Virus record (IMG/VR): IMGVR_UViG_3300025705_000005
Span: 10,486 to 74,485 of that record
DNA from: a virus
Strand: one strand, 5' to 3'
DNA length: 64,000 nucleotides
Shown: positions 47,126 through 56,906 of the stretch, in pieces
Layout: each line of letters opens with the position of its first letter
Position numbering within the stretch: the stretch's first letter is position 1
Position numbers and translations under genes: made by a program
Notes under the pieces: model-generated
The model's database searches: none
The model's input: the letters and a program-made list of their open reading frames with translations, nothing else
Told to the model about the DNA's origin: nothing

Positions 47126-49149
47126 TATCTTACCACTTTAAATACGAACCCATCGAAATATTGCTTATTACTATTTCTATCAACTCTAAATTCGAATTGA
47201 TAAAATCTCTCAGGTTGTAATGTATTAAATCTAAAATCAAAAAAGTTTCCAGTTGAATCACAACTTACTTTTGTATAAGCCGTATCAAACGGAATCAATA
47301 CTAAATTTGTTTCTACATCTCTAACCTGGTAATAAGTAGTTGATGGGAGATATTTAATTTGGGTGTATGGTGCCGAATTAGTAAAACTTCTTTGAGGATA
47401 TGTTTCTCTACCAACAACTCTTAATTTAGCTCTTGATAATTCTTTATATTCTGTTTTTAAATTCTTCATATATAACGTTATATCATCCGATGTTAGTTCT
47501 GTAAGTGAACCTGTTGCGAATGTTGAATCATCCCACTTAGCTTCCAATGTAGGAACGTATATAGTATGGGTATTATTTGAAAAGAATTTAGATGAACCAT
47601 ATTTTAAAGAATCAGCTTCTTCCGAACTACTTCTCTTAATTAAGAACCCATCATTAGGCCTAGCAAGCTCCAACATATCTGTTACATATTTTGTAACATC
47701 TAAGTTTAAGTTATTAGTATATTTTGAAAATGTTTGTGAGTATTGTGTATTATCCACAGAAGCAGTGTACCAAGTAGCTCCACCAGAATTTTTATTCCAC
47801 CCCGCTTCAGATACAGCAGCTGTAGAGATGGAACCTGTATATGTTAATTTGAAATCATCTAATGAACCAGTCATCGATGAGTTTGCTGAATTAAAATATG
47901 TGTATGCGAATATATAATTTCCAGTCTTTATTGGTGTAAATGATAACGATTGTGTTCCAGCTGAAGTAAATTTACTTCTCAATCCATCTACACCTGTTCT
48001 CATATTCAACCCATCTGCATCATATATTGTAAAATCTATTTGACTAAAATCACCAGGCGTTATTGATGAGGATAATTGATAGTTAACTCCTTTTTGAAGT
48101 TCTATTGAGTATTGTGCATCAGCACCACCTTCTTTTGCATATAAATTTAATTTAGATTCTGATGCGAACATTCTTATGTTTGCATCTATAGAATGATTAA
48201 CTCTGTTTCTTAATTTAAAATTACCTTCGTTTTGAGTAAACGTATCCCATACTATTAAGTTACCTTCTTTTTGATAAACATAAACTTCATCAAATGAACC
48301 AGTGGTTGATGTACCATCACCACTCCCATCAAAGAACGTAAATCTTAATTCATGCTCACCGGTTGCAGTTGCTGTTAAATCAAATGATTGAGTTGATGAT
48401 GCAGTTATAGCACCTACCATACCAGCATAATCTCCTTCAGTTTTAAGAACCCCATTAGGGTCTTTGATTCTGAATGTCACATCATCAAATGATGCGGGGT
48501 CTATTTGAAATTGTACTCCATAATTAATACCATTTTGTAGATACGCTGGAAATACTAATGTAGTTCCTGCGAAGTTAGATGCTGATATAATTAGTTTTTC
48601 GTTTTGTATTAATGCGCTTGGTTCATTTCCATTAAAATCATTTATAGATTCTGTTAAATGAGCTGAACCAGTACCATTCGTAAATGATTCGTATAATACA
48701 ACTCCTGATTTTGGTGTTGTTTCTACGGCTACTCCGTTAAATATGGATGTTCCACCTACATTCCATAATAAAGTTCCTTCACGTCGCTCCCAACTACACC
48801 CATCACTATTGATTGGGGTATCATAAAATTGCCCCATACCCTCAGACCAACTTTGTGATACTGGGTAAACTTCTAATTTGTATTCTGATAATACTTCTTC
48901 TTCACCTACAGATGTTAGGTTCAATTGAAAATTAGGACTTGAAGGGATATCACCATCTACTATAGATTTAGATATAGCAGCAATATCAAATTTAGTTAAT
49001 ACTCTACTATTACCTACAAGTGTAGATTGAGTAGCCTCATCGTAAAGTTTACTAACCTCTAAGACTTCATCTAAACCTGTGTTTTGTGACTTGCGAGTGT
49101 TCAACTCATAAATCGTAGTGTCTTTTTGTCCGTATATTCTATAAATCAT
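47125..49149 (-). CDS. Structural protein with a DNRLRE/CBM96-like scaffold and two inserted beta-sandwich domains
   Basis: KDTTIYE...NTG...LEV...SRVLTKFDI and NDGFLIK...FFS...PTLE resemble DNRLRE-type motifs. Two similar internal units end GSFDEV and GSLDDF. Confidence 0.5.
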   Translation of the reverse strand: MIYRIYGQKDTTIYELNTRKSQNTGLDEVLEVSKLYDEATQSTLVGNSRVLTKFDIAAISKSIVDGDIPSSPNFQLNLTSVGEEEVLSEYKLEVYPVSQSWSEGMGQFYDTPINSDGCSWERREGTLLWNVGGTSIFNGVAVETTPKSGVVLYESFTNGTGSAHLTESINDFNGNEPSALIQNEKLIISASNFAGTTLVFPAYLQNGINYGVQFQIDPASFDDVTFRIKDPNGVLKTEGDYAGMVGAITASSTQSFDLTATATGEHELRFTFFDGSGDGTSTTGSFDEVYVYQKEGNLIVWDTFTQNEGNFKLRNRVNHSIDANIRMFASESKLNLYAKEGGADAQYSIELQKGVNYQLSSSITPGDFSQIDFTIYDADGLNMRTGVDGLRSKFTSAGTQSLSFTPIKTGNYIFAYTYFNSANSSMTGSLDDFKLTYTGSISTAAVSEAGWNKNSGGATWYTASVDNTQYSQTFSKYTNNLNLDVTKYVTDMLELARPNDGFLIKRSSSEEADSLKYGSSKFFSNNTHTIYVPTLEAKWDDSTFATGSLTELTSDDITLYMKNLKTEYKELSRAKLRVVGRETYPQRSFTNSAPYTQIKYLPSTTYYQVRDVETNLVLIPFDTAYTKVSCDSTGNFFDFRFNTLQPERFYQFEFRVDRNSNKQYFDGFVFKVVR

Positions 49150-49162
49150 ACTATATCCTCGT

Positions 49163-51103
49163 TTAGAACTGCTGTGTTATAACCTGTCCTCTAATATCTG
49201 TATTTGGAAATTTAACTTCAAATATGGATGGGTCTTTAGGCGGATATATTACACCACCTTTGGTTGCGTTAATTATACTATATTTGTTTGGTGAGTAGTT
49301 TCCATTAAATTTATTAGTAATTTGTAAACCACCCTTACCATCTTTATCAGGTCTTACTACAGTTTGTACCCCATCTACCTTATCAATCTCCACATATAAC
49401 TTAGATAGATTAATTGGTTCATTAATTCTCCAATTATCAATATCAAAGTAACTTTTTAATCTATCAATAGCTCTTAATAAAACTTCGTTAGAGTTATACT
49501 CAGGTAAAACTACAATTTCAAAGTTTACACCAATATTTACAACATGTGCATCTTTAATATTAACTGCATCTGTTAACAATCTATGATATGATATATAAGT
49601 TTTTAAATTATACTTTGTTGCTGGATTTAAAGCCGTTAGGTTTTTCTGATTATCATAACCACAAGTATATAAATTTAATGCTAATGGGTTTGGAATCTCA
49701 GTATTGATATACTGACCATCTACTTTTGAATTTTCCAATTGATAGTCTTGAACTAAATATGCTTTTGCTACTGAACCGAATTGAGGTGGAAGTGCGTAAC
49801 ATCTCATTACATAATCTTCTCTCGTTACAGTTCTATTTTGAGCGGCGAAGAATGCCATAGCATTCTGTCTAATTTCTTCTTGAGATTCTGTTGTTTTACC
49901 ACCAACAGCTGCGTTTGGATTTGAACATGCTATTGATTGTTTACAAAATGAAACTAAGTTTTTGTTTAAATTTATTTCGTTTTTGAAAATAGTGTTACTT
50001 GATACAACACTAACTAAATCTCCAGCTGGAACATTATCTACAATACCATTACCTATTAAGTAAGTAACAGTAAGAGTTGTATTTTGTGGTGCAACACCAT
50101 AGGTTTTTGTATATAAGAAGTTAGATGGGTCTAATGTTGTATCTAAATTCTGATTTTCTGCATAAAGTGCTGAACCTACGTTATCGGGATTAGGAATTAT
50201 CTCTTCATCTGCATTAGATGATATACCCGCTCCAAACCCAATAACCATTATACCATCATCTTCAAAGTTTGTTGTATATCTTTTAGGAACTCTGTTAAGT
50301 TCTAAGAGGTATGGTGTATCACCACTGTATTGGTGTAGGTATGTTGAGTTATCTTCGTTGTTATCTATTTGTTCAAATACAGTATCTTGTGCTAAGTAAG
50401 GAACTCTAGTCCAAGTATCCCCATCTGAATCTTTAATGTTTTTTATTCTAACTAAGTTTTCTTCTTCTATCTTAATCTTATCGTATATCTTAGGTGATGT
50501 AAAATTAAAGGTTTTTACCTTCTCTTTACCACTAGTAGCTTTAATTTGTTTCTTTAACAAATAGTAAACTGGTACATTTGTATTTTCATCTATTTGATAT
50601 ACTGATATTTCTGTTGGGTCAAATGATGATGAGAACGCAAAATCAATAGGAGCTATAGTTGTAAACTCTACATCTGAATAATCCGTAGAACCAATAATCA
50701 TATTAGCCCCAACTGTCATAGCGTAATCAAAATCAGGTTTTACATTATCACCAACCCCAGTTGCTGGTACTAATTGAAATACATCCATTGTTACTGATGC
50801 TGGAATAATATTCTTAGGTTTATATCCTAAAGAGTTTACTATATTAAATAAGTTTACATTCTCTTCGGCTGTACTTAGTAACGATTCTCTTAATTGTGTA
50901 TCTGTATAGAATGATAACACATCACCCACATACGATGCCATTTCCATAAACATCATACCAGGAGATGATTCGTTAAAATCATTGTAAGTATTTGGGAAGT
51001 AGTTTTTAGAAAACTCAATTAGGTTTTTTCTAAACTCTCCAAAATCTCTACCGACTAACGATACATCCTTTTGTACTAAATCTGATTTCTTTTTATTTGC
51101 CAT
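49163..51103 (-). CDS. Baseplate wedge protein (T4 gp6-like)
   Basis: RDFGEFRKNL, DFNESSPG...YVGDVLSFY, LGYKP, GG...ES.EEIR and QNRTVTREDY match gp6 motifs. Confidence 0.85.
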   Translation of the reverse strand: MANKKKSDLVQKDVSLVGRDFGEFRKNLIEFSKNYFPNTYNDFNESSPGMMFMEMASYVGDVLSFYTDTQLRESLLSTAEENVNLFNIVNSLGYKPKNIIPASVTMDVFQLVPATGVGDNVKPDFDYAMTVGANMIIGSTDYSDVEFTTIAPIDFAFSSSFDPTEISVYQIDENTNVPVYYLLKKQIKATSGKEKVKTFNFTSPKIYDKIKIEEENLVRIKNIKDSDGDTWTRVPYLAQDTVFEQIDNNEDNSTYLHQYSGDTPYLLELNRVPKRYTTNFEDDGIMVIGFGAGISSNADEEIIPNPDNVGSALYAENQNLDTTLDPSNFLYTKTYGVAPQNTTLTVTYLIGNGIVDNVPAGDLVSVVSSNTIFKNEINLNKNLVSFCKQSIACSNPNAAVGGKTTESQEEIRQNAMAFFAAQNRTVTREDYVMRCYALPPQFGSVAKAYLVQDYQLENSKVDGQYINTEIPNPLALNLYTCGYDNQKNLTALNPATKYNLKTYISYHRLLTDAVNIKDAHVVNIGVNFEIVVLPEYNSNEVLLRAIDRLKSYFDIDNWRINEPINLSKLYVEIDKVDGVQTVVRPDKDGKGGLQITNKFNGNYSPNKYSIINATKGGVIYPPKDPSIFEVKFPNTDIRGQVITQQF

Positions 51104-51112
51104 ATCTTTAAC

Positions 51113-51550
51113 CTATTCTATTACGCTTCCAGCTGAATCAACAAATATTATTATTTGTCTATTTGCACCCTGCTCCGTTACCCTAAATCTTAATTTTATT
51201 CTTACAAAATTTCTGTCGGGTTCTGTTTCAATATCTATATTGTCAATAACTATATAAGGTAACCAAAATTTTATATCTTTCGAGAGAGTTTCTGAAATCC
51301 TATCACTAAGGTTCAAATCTATATTTTCAAATAGTTGAGCGTACACATCTGAACCAAATAATGGTTGAAATGGTCTTTCACCTTTTTTAGTCAATAATAG
51401 ATTCTTCAAATTAGATACTGCTTGCTCTTCAGTTGTATAACTTAGTGTAAACAATCCGTTTGGTTTCCCAAATGGTAGTTTAATGCCAACAGCAACATCC
51501 TTTTTAAAGTCTATAGGATTGTAGAAATATTCTTTTCTCTCTTTAGCCAT
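51113..51550 (-). CDS. Baseplate wedge/sheath initiator (gp25/gpW-like)
   Basis: NLKNLLLTKKGERPFQPLFGS...LFE...WLPY match the gp25 family. Confidence 0.9.
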   Translation of the reverse strand: MAKERKEYFYNPIDFKKDVAVGIKLPFGKPNGLFTLSYTTEEQAVSNLKNLLLTKKGERPFQPLFGSDVYAQLFENIDLNLSDRISETLSKDIKFWLPYIVIDNIDIETEPDRNFVRIKLRFRVTEQGANRQIIIFVDSAGSVIE

Positions 51551-51552
51551 CA

Positions 51553-52032
51553 CTATCTACCCTTCTTCTTATCAATCGCTTTCATCAATTGAGAATAATC
51601 TTTAGTTATAGCTCCCATTACATTTGCTACTTCTGGATTGCTCGTATCAATTGGTCTACCATCTATATCAACGGTTGGTGCTACTGAAGTAGAACCACCT
51701 TGCATAAATGATTGAGCTTGATTAGATGAGAATTGAGTATCATTGAGATTTCTCCACTCACCACTATCAGCTACCTCATTTAACATATCGTTTAACATTG
51801 GATTCTTAATAAATGTTTTTTGTTCTGTTTTAGGTGTTCCACTATCTTCAGAAAGAAGTTCTGATAAATTAATATCTAGTGGGTCTTTTTCAACTATTCT
51901 TTTTTTAACTTTTACTTCTTTGATAATTGGCTTAGAAGCATTTCTAACTTCCGTAATGATAGGTTTAAGTTCTTCACGAACAACCTTTCTTACTACTAAT
52001 TCCAATAATTGTGCTAATTCTTTTGCTTTCAT
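51553..52032 (-). CDS. Hypothetical protein
   Basis: 159 aa, downstream of a TATTTATA motif. VVREE, IIKE, LLSE and MLNE sites. Confidence 0.6.
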   Translation of the reverse strand: MKAKELAQLLELVVRKVVREELKPIITEVRNASKPIIKEVKVKKRIVEKDPLDINLSELLSEDSGTPKTEQKTFIKNPMLNDMLNEVADSGEWRNLNDTQFSSNQAQSFMQGGSTSVAPTVDIDGRPIDTSNPEVANVMGAITKDYSQLMKAIDKKKGR

Positions 52033-52048
52033 AATTGTGTACTTTATA

Positions 52049-52056
52049 TATAAATA
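52049..52056 (-). promoter_or_regulatory. Putative late promoter motif TATTTATA for the baseplate operon
   Basis: Intergenic, 17 nt upstream of the start at 52032. Confidence 0.55.
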
Positions 52057-52081
52057 TTAAAAACTTTCGTTTTACACCAAT

Positions 52082-52690
52082 TTAAACCAAACCAACCCAA
52101 GGTTGTGGTGAAGGAAATGGTGGAAGTGGTGTTGCAGGTGAACCTGGAAATACTAATTCGGTATGTAATCCACCAACAGTCGTTAAATGATTCTTAAATG
52201 CAGTTACTAATTTTGTTGCGAATGGAATACCATATGGAACTGCAGATTGTGTATGTGTGAATGCTGTTAACAAATCGTTTTGTAACGCTGGGATAACCCC
52301 ACCATTATTTATGATATGTGATATTGGTGCAGGTACTCCAACTGTTGCTGTTGATAAACCCATATTGACTGGATGAAATGGTGCTGGGGACATTGTGGTT
52401 GATAACCAATATGTTGATGTTGCGTTAGCCCAATCTAAAAAGTGAGGTAACTTTGGTTTACCTTCAGATTCCCTTATATCATTTAACGTTTTCATTATAG
52501 CCATCTTAATTGGAACGTATGGTGCTTGTACCAATGGTAGGTTTGCATGGAGTGATGTCTTAGCAAGTTTTACTGCTTTATGATACTCTGATGCTATCTT
52601 CTCAGCGGTTTCTTCGTGAGTCTTTCCTTCTATAGATGAGTTAAGGTAACCACCTACTACTGGTATGAATGTGGGCCAAAGTGCGGACAT
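52082..52690 (-). CDS. Hypothetical protein next to the baseplate spike gene
   Basis: 202 aa, Pro-rich C-terminus ending PWVGLV. Confidence 0.6.
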   Translation of the reverse strand: MSALWPTFIPVVGGYLNSSIEGKTHEETAEKIASEYHKAVKLAKTSLHANLPLVQAPYVPIKMAIMKTLNDIRESEGKPKLPHFLDWANATSTYWLSTTMSPAPFHPVNMGLSTATVGVPAPISHIINNGGVIPALQNDLLTAFTHTQSAVPYGIPFATKLVTAFKNHLTTVGGLHTELVFPGSPATPLPPFPSPQPWVGLV

Positions 52691-52691
52691 A

Positions 52692-53696
52692 TTATTGTTT
52701 CATTGCTTTTATATCACTAAGTATAGAGGCAACTTTTCCAGCATTTGTAGCCGGACCTGTAGGTCCAACCCCAGTTGCATAAGTTGAAGTTGCTGAGGTT
52801 AAATCTTTTAACTCACTTGCTAACTTCTCTATCAAAGTAAATAGTTTATCCATCTCCATCTGCCAACCCGGTGTTGCATTTATAATATCTTTTTTAGCAG
52901 CTATTATAACACTTTCGTTTTTAGCGTTTAGAAATATTCTATCGGAATTCATTACTATTGATGGTTTGGAATAACTACCAGGGGCAGGAAGTCCACCTAA
53001 TCCAGTTTGTGCTGGGGTTAGTTTTATTTTCTGAGATGAACCTAACCATATAGATGAAAGGTCATCATTAACATCCTCTATAATAAATTTGTTATATGAA
53101 CCACCACTCTTTCTACCATTAGAGATAATAGTAATAGGGTCATTATCAGTTGAAGAACTCCAAGTTGGGGTTTTAGTTGTATCCGAACCGTTGGGTGTAT
53201 ATCCAAATCTCATTGAGTGTCCGAATCTACCTTCTAATAATACATCACCTATAAATGGTTGAACCGAACCTACATCACTTCTTTCAGAAAATCCTTTACC
53301 TAATTTAGATGAAGAACCACCACCACTAATACCTGGAACACCTGCGGCTGCTGCTGCGTATCCTGCTGCTCCTGCGGCTGCTGAAAGTAATGTTTTGGAT
53401 GTTGGTAATGCGTTGTTGTGGGGATTCTTTTGTACTGATATCGGATTTAGATAATAGAATGTTGTATTAGAATTTCTTTTTTCGGGCTTTGCTTCACCAG
53501 AAGTACCTTGAATTAATATAACAGATTCACCGATTAATGGAATCCTTCTAATAGACATATCAAATGGATATGCTTTAATTTGTTGATTTACTGTAGTTTG
53601 ATTGAAGCATTGGATTGCGTGTACTTCATTTACATCAGAATCTTTTAAGGTTATTTTTTGTACAGTACCTACTGTTATCGTTCCTTTACCTGGCAT
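52692..53696 (-). CDS. Baseplate hub/spike protein (gp5/gpV-like)
   Basis: N-terminal OB-fold-like PLIGESV, then GDVLLEGRFGHSMRF and NSDRIFLNAK beta-rich segments, and a C-terminal TGVGPTGP. Confidence 0.6.
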   Translation of the reverse strand: MPGKGTITVGTVQKITLKDSDVNEVHAIQCFNQTTVNQQIKAYPFDMSIRRIPLIGESVILIQGTSGEAKPEKRNSNTTFYYLNPISVQKNPHNNALPTSKTLLSAAAGAAGYAAAAAGVPGISGGGSSSKLGKGFSERSDVGSVQPFIGDVLLEGRFGHSMRFGYTPNGSDTTKTPTWSSSTDNDPITIISNGRKSGGSYNKFIIEDVNDDLSSIWLGSSQKIKLTPAQTGLGGLPAPGSYSKPSIVMNSDRIFLNAKNESVIIAAKKDIINATPGWQMEMDKLFTLIEKLASELKDLTSATSTYATGVGPTGPATNAGKVASILSDIKAMKQ

Positions 53697-54064
53697 TAGA
53701 TATCCTCTTCTACATTCTGTAATGCTTCGATAGTTTTATCTATCTCTTTAGCGTTTGATATTAATTGCTTTTTCTCATCATCACTTAATCCAAACCCGCC
53801 ATCATCACCTGAGTTAGCATCTTTCATCATTCTCTGAACTATAGCTGCTAATTTTACAATCTGGTCATCGTTCTTTATGGAAACTTCCATATACTCTTTT
53901 ATCAAAGGAACAATAACAGTTGCATCACTTAGATTTTTAACCAATGGTTCTAATTGAGCAATAAGAAGTTTAAGTTGCCTATCCTTCTTTTTTGAATTGT
54001 TGTAAACATCAGACATTATATCTGAGAATGTTTTTCCTTTAAATAATTCCGTATCCTTATCCAT
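53696..54064 (-). CDS. Hypothetical helical protein
   Basis: 122 aa, coupled to the sigma factor gene; AAAGGA upstream. Confidence 0.6.
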   Translation of the reverse strand: MDKDTELFKGKTFSDIMSDVYNNSKKKDRQLKLLIAQLEPLVKNLSDATVIVPLIKEYMEVSIKNDDQIVKLAAIVQRMMKDANSGDDGGFGLSDDEKKQLISNAKEIDKTIEALQNVEEDI

Positions 54065-54779
54065 TATTATCCTTTAATTTGTAAGTCACTGTTAAGTGAC
54101 CTTTTGTATTATACTCTCTGTATAATTCTACATACATACCTTTCAGTTTTCCAACTACTTTGGTTATGTATTGAGTGTGTACTCCAGTCCTCTCCCTAAT
54201 AAGTATGTAGAGTGCCTTCTTATTGTACGAATATAAATCATATCTGTTTTTAAATAATTCATTTATTGAATCAGCAATTGCCCTATCTCTATCTTTTTGG
54301 AATAATGTATATAAATGATAATCTATATATTTTGTAAAATGGTCTATAAAATCAGATTTAGCTTCTTTGTTATTTTGGTCTACAATCTCATTTGTAATAT
54401 TACGAGAGCTATCAATATACTTAACTTCAGTTTTTGATTTCATTCTGGCATAGTTAGCATTATTCTCATTGAACAAATAGTTTCTAGCTACTACTGTAAA
54501 GTAAGAAAAAGCTCTACCATTCTCCCCATTGAACTTGTGAATCTTTTCATTTAGGAAAGCTACTACATTTGCTTTCACATCTTCATAAGGTACATCGAAG
54601 TAATATGTTTTATAGGTATGAATTACATTTTCTGATAACTTATCAAATGGGTAGTGAATAAATCTATTATAAATTTTATTCTTTAAAACAGTATCATCAC
54701 TTTCGTTGTATGCGTTGATAGCCATCTCTGTAATTTTAGTAAAATATCTTTTACTTCTTTTTCTTCTTTTTTTAGCCAT
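54057..54779 (-). CDS. Late-transcription sigma factor (T4 gp55-like)
   Basis: KIHKFNGENGRAFSYFTVVARNYL resembles the gp55/sigma region 2 motif (F.P....N.FAYFTQI); size and location fit. Confidence 0.7.
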   Translation of the reverse strand: MAKKRRKRSKRYFTKITEMAINAYNESDDTVLKNKIYNRFIHYPFDKLSENVIHTYKTYYFDVPYEDVKANVVAFLNEKIHKFNGENGRAFSYFTVVARNYLFNENNANYARMKSKTEVKYIDSSRNITNEIVDQNNKEAKSDFIDHFTKYIDYHLYTLFQKDRDRAIADSINELFKNRYDLYSYNKKALYILIRERTGVHTQYITKVVGKLKGMYVELYREYNTKGHLTVTYKLKDNNG

Positions 54780-55060
54780 TATGGTCTATTTGTATATTCG
54801 TTTTTTAAATCCTCTATTACTTCTTTTATCTTTTCAAAGATGAACCCACTTTCATCATCAGCTTCGAATGAACCCACTCTATCAATTTCTTGCATTCGTT
54901 TGAGTGCATCATTGAATTTAGTATCCAAACCACCTAAAAATTCATCTTGTGTATCTAACTCATCTTCTAGCTTTTCTACTTTTCTAGTTAGATTCCAAAC
55001 TATATAGATTAATATTAGTATTATAGATGTGGGTAATATTATTTGTATTAATTCCATCAT
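54779..55060 (-). CDS. Small membrane protein with coiled coil
   Basis: N-terminal TM helix followed by a heptad-like segment. Confidence 0.6.
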   Translation of the reverse strand: MMELIQIILPTSIILILIYIVWNLTRKVEKLEDELDTQDEFLGGLDTKFNDALKRMQEIDRVGSFEADDESGFIFEKIKEVIEDLKNEYTNRP

Positions 55061-55833
55061 TAAGCCTCTGTTTGTTCTCCAAAGATAGATTTGAAATCAA
55101 TCTTCTTTGGCATTACTACGTTTTCTAATTTCTTTTTAGTCGCCGGTCTACCACCAACATTCTTAGTAGTAGGAGTTCCCTGTTTTAATTTTAGAAATCT
55201 TTCATTCTCAAATCTGGCTGCCATAATATCAGCTTGATGCATTACATATGGTAATCCAGTCTTTAGTGCATTATCTTTATTGTATTGAATATAGTATTCC
55301 TTATTACCCTCATCATACAATCCATCTGTAAGTTTAATACCTAAGTATTCTACTTCAGAAATCTTAACACCAAAATGATTTAACATCCAAAACGTTCTAT
55401 CGTTTAGATTCATCCAATGCATTGATGAGTTTGTTTTATAAATCTTACCTTGATTTTCAATGTGCCATTGGGAATCGTTTGGAATATACCAACTATCAGT
55501 ATCATTACCAACCTTACCTAAATCGTGATGTAGTGCTGTAAAGATTACAGTCTCTCTATCGTACCCACCATCTCCAATACCTAACTCAGTATGTAAGTCA
55601 AATACTTTAACTGCGTTTCTAGTAACTCTAAGAACGTGGTCTAAGTATCCACCAGCAAATGCGTTGTGGAAATGTTCGGTTGATGAGGCTGGGGTTAGAA
55701 TAATTCTATCTTCGAGTACATCGTACATCTTATTAAGAGATTCTAATCTTTCGCCTGTAAATGTTTGGTTTATTAACTTTCGGAACTTCTCATAGTTCTC
55801 AGTTATTTTTGTTTCATCTAAAATGTGTATCAT
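55060..55833 (-). CDS. HD-domain phosphohydrolase
   Basis: PASS..HFHNAFAGGYLDHVL, ALHHDLGK and HQAD form a YhaM-like HD motif set. Confidence 0.85.
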   Translation of the reverse strand: MIHILDETKITENYEKFRKLINQTFTGERLESLNKMYDVLEDRIILTPASSTEHFHNAFAGGYLDHVLRVTRNAVKVFDLHTELGIGDGGYDRETVIFTALHHDLGKVGNDTDSWYIPNDSQWHIENQGKIYKTNSSMHWMNLNDRTFWMLNHFGVKISEVEYLGIKLTDGLYDEGNKEYYIQYNKDNALKTGLPYVMHQADIMAARFENERFLKLKQGTPTTKNVGGRPATKKKLENVVMPKKIDFKSIFGEQTEA

Positions 55834-55850
55834 ATTTTTTATTTTTTATT

Positions 55851-55919
55851 GTAAGTGTTTGATTATCAATGAGTTGGGTGATAGTGATAGTGGTAACTAA
55901 CTGATTATGAGTTAGTTGC
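55851..55919. repeat. Two degenerate 27-bp palindromes, 42-bp period
   Basis: GTAAGTGTTTGATTATCAATGAGTTGG (55851-55877) and GTAACTAACTGATTATGAGTTAGTTGC (55893-55919). Confidence 0.6.
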
Positions 55920-56213
55920 ATTTTCATCTAATATAGATAAGAACTCACTCTCTCTATAAATGTGGTAAGTTTTACCAGCATTTTTGTGTTTGAACCCAGT
56001 TCCTTCTAATAGAACTATATCTCCTACTTTTGTCATCATAGGGATTTTAGCACCCGAATGTGTAAATAACCCACTACCAACGGAAACTACTGTTCCCATC
56101 ATTGTGGTATCAGCTCCTGATGGTTTGTATAAACCACCTTTGGTTTTTTCATCGTGTCTTTTTAGTATCTCTACTACTACTCTATCCCCTAAAGGTCTAT
56201 AATTGTATTCCAT
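55905..56213 (-). CDS. groES: Co-chaperonin GroES/Cpn10
   Basis: PLGDRVVV, KTKGGLY, GTVVSVGSG, KVGDIVL and RESEFL match GroES. Confidence 0.92.
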   Translation of the reverse strand: MEYNYRPLGDRVVVEILKRHDEKTKGGLYKPSGADTTMMGTVVSVGSGLFTHSGAKIPMMTKVGDIVLLEGTGFKHKNAGKTYHIYRESEFLSILDENATNS

Positions 56214-56224
56214 AACTTTTTGTT

Positions 56225-56872
56225 TTATATAATTTTATCGATTATTCCTAATTCCAATGCATCCTCTGCGTTTAAGAAGTAATCAGTTCTTTGATTCTCT
56301 TTCCAAAACTTTTTATCTTTGTTCGTACACTCAGCCATAATGGTGTTACAATCTTCTTCTAATTGTTCTGCGAATTTAGCGTTAGATTTAACATCCTCTA
56401 ACTTACCCATATTGAATGTTGAAAGTTGGTGAACCATAATCTTAGAATGTTTGGATGCTGCTCTAAGACCTGTTCCTGCAGTTAGAAGAAGTGCTGCTGC
56501 ACTCATCGCTGAACCTCTACAAACAATGTTCGTTTCAACCCCTTCGTTATCTTTTATTGTTCTAATGTAATCGATTAGTGCTAACGTTTCTACTACATCA
56601 CCACCTGGTGAGTTTAATAAAATCGTTACTGATTTTAAATCTTTATTAATTTTTCTAAGTAATCTAACTTTAGATATTGTATCAAATACCATACCTTGTG
56701 CTATTTCATCCTGAACTAAAATAATATTTGATTCAATATCAATACCATAATCAAATTCTCTAAACTCTTGAAAGTAAATATCTTTTTCAGTAGTCGTTTC
56801 CTTAACATCGTAAGATGCTTCTACATTTCCTGCTGTTGTTGATGTTTTACCATCGTTATACAAATCACTCAT
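56225..56872 (-). CDS. clpP: ClpP-like protease
   Basis: LNSPGGDV, AMSAA (catalytic Ser), IMVHQ (His) and TDYFLNAEDALELGIIDKI (Asp). Confidence 0.9.
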   Translation of the reverse strand: MSDLYNDGKTSTTAGNVEASYDVKETTTEKDIYFQEFREFDYGIDIESNIILVQDEIAQGMVFDTISKVRLLRKINKDLKSVTILLNSPGGDVVETLALIDYIRTIKDNEGVETNIVCRGSAMSAAALLLTAGTGLRAASKHSKIMVHQLSTFNMGKLEDVKSNAKFAEQLEEDCNTIMAECTNKDKKFWKENQRTDYFLNAEDALELGIIDKII

Positions 56873-56906
56873 ATGTTTTATAACTATTTTTATTGTTAAA
56901 CTTATG

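Noticed and set aside
53696-54064. Terminase small subunit call for the 122 aa helical protein
   Set aside because: Size and helicity are compatible, but there is no recognisable motif and it is far from terL.
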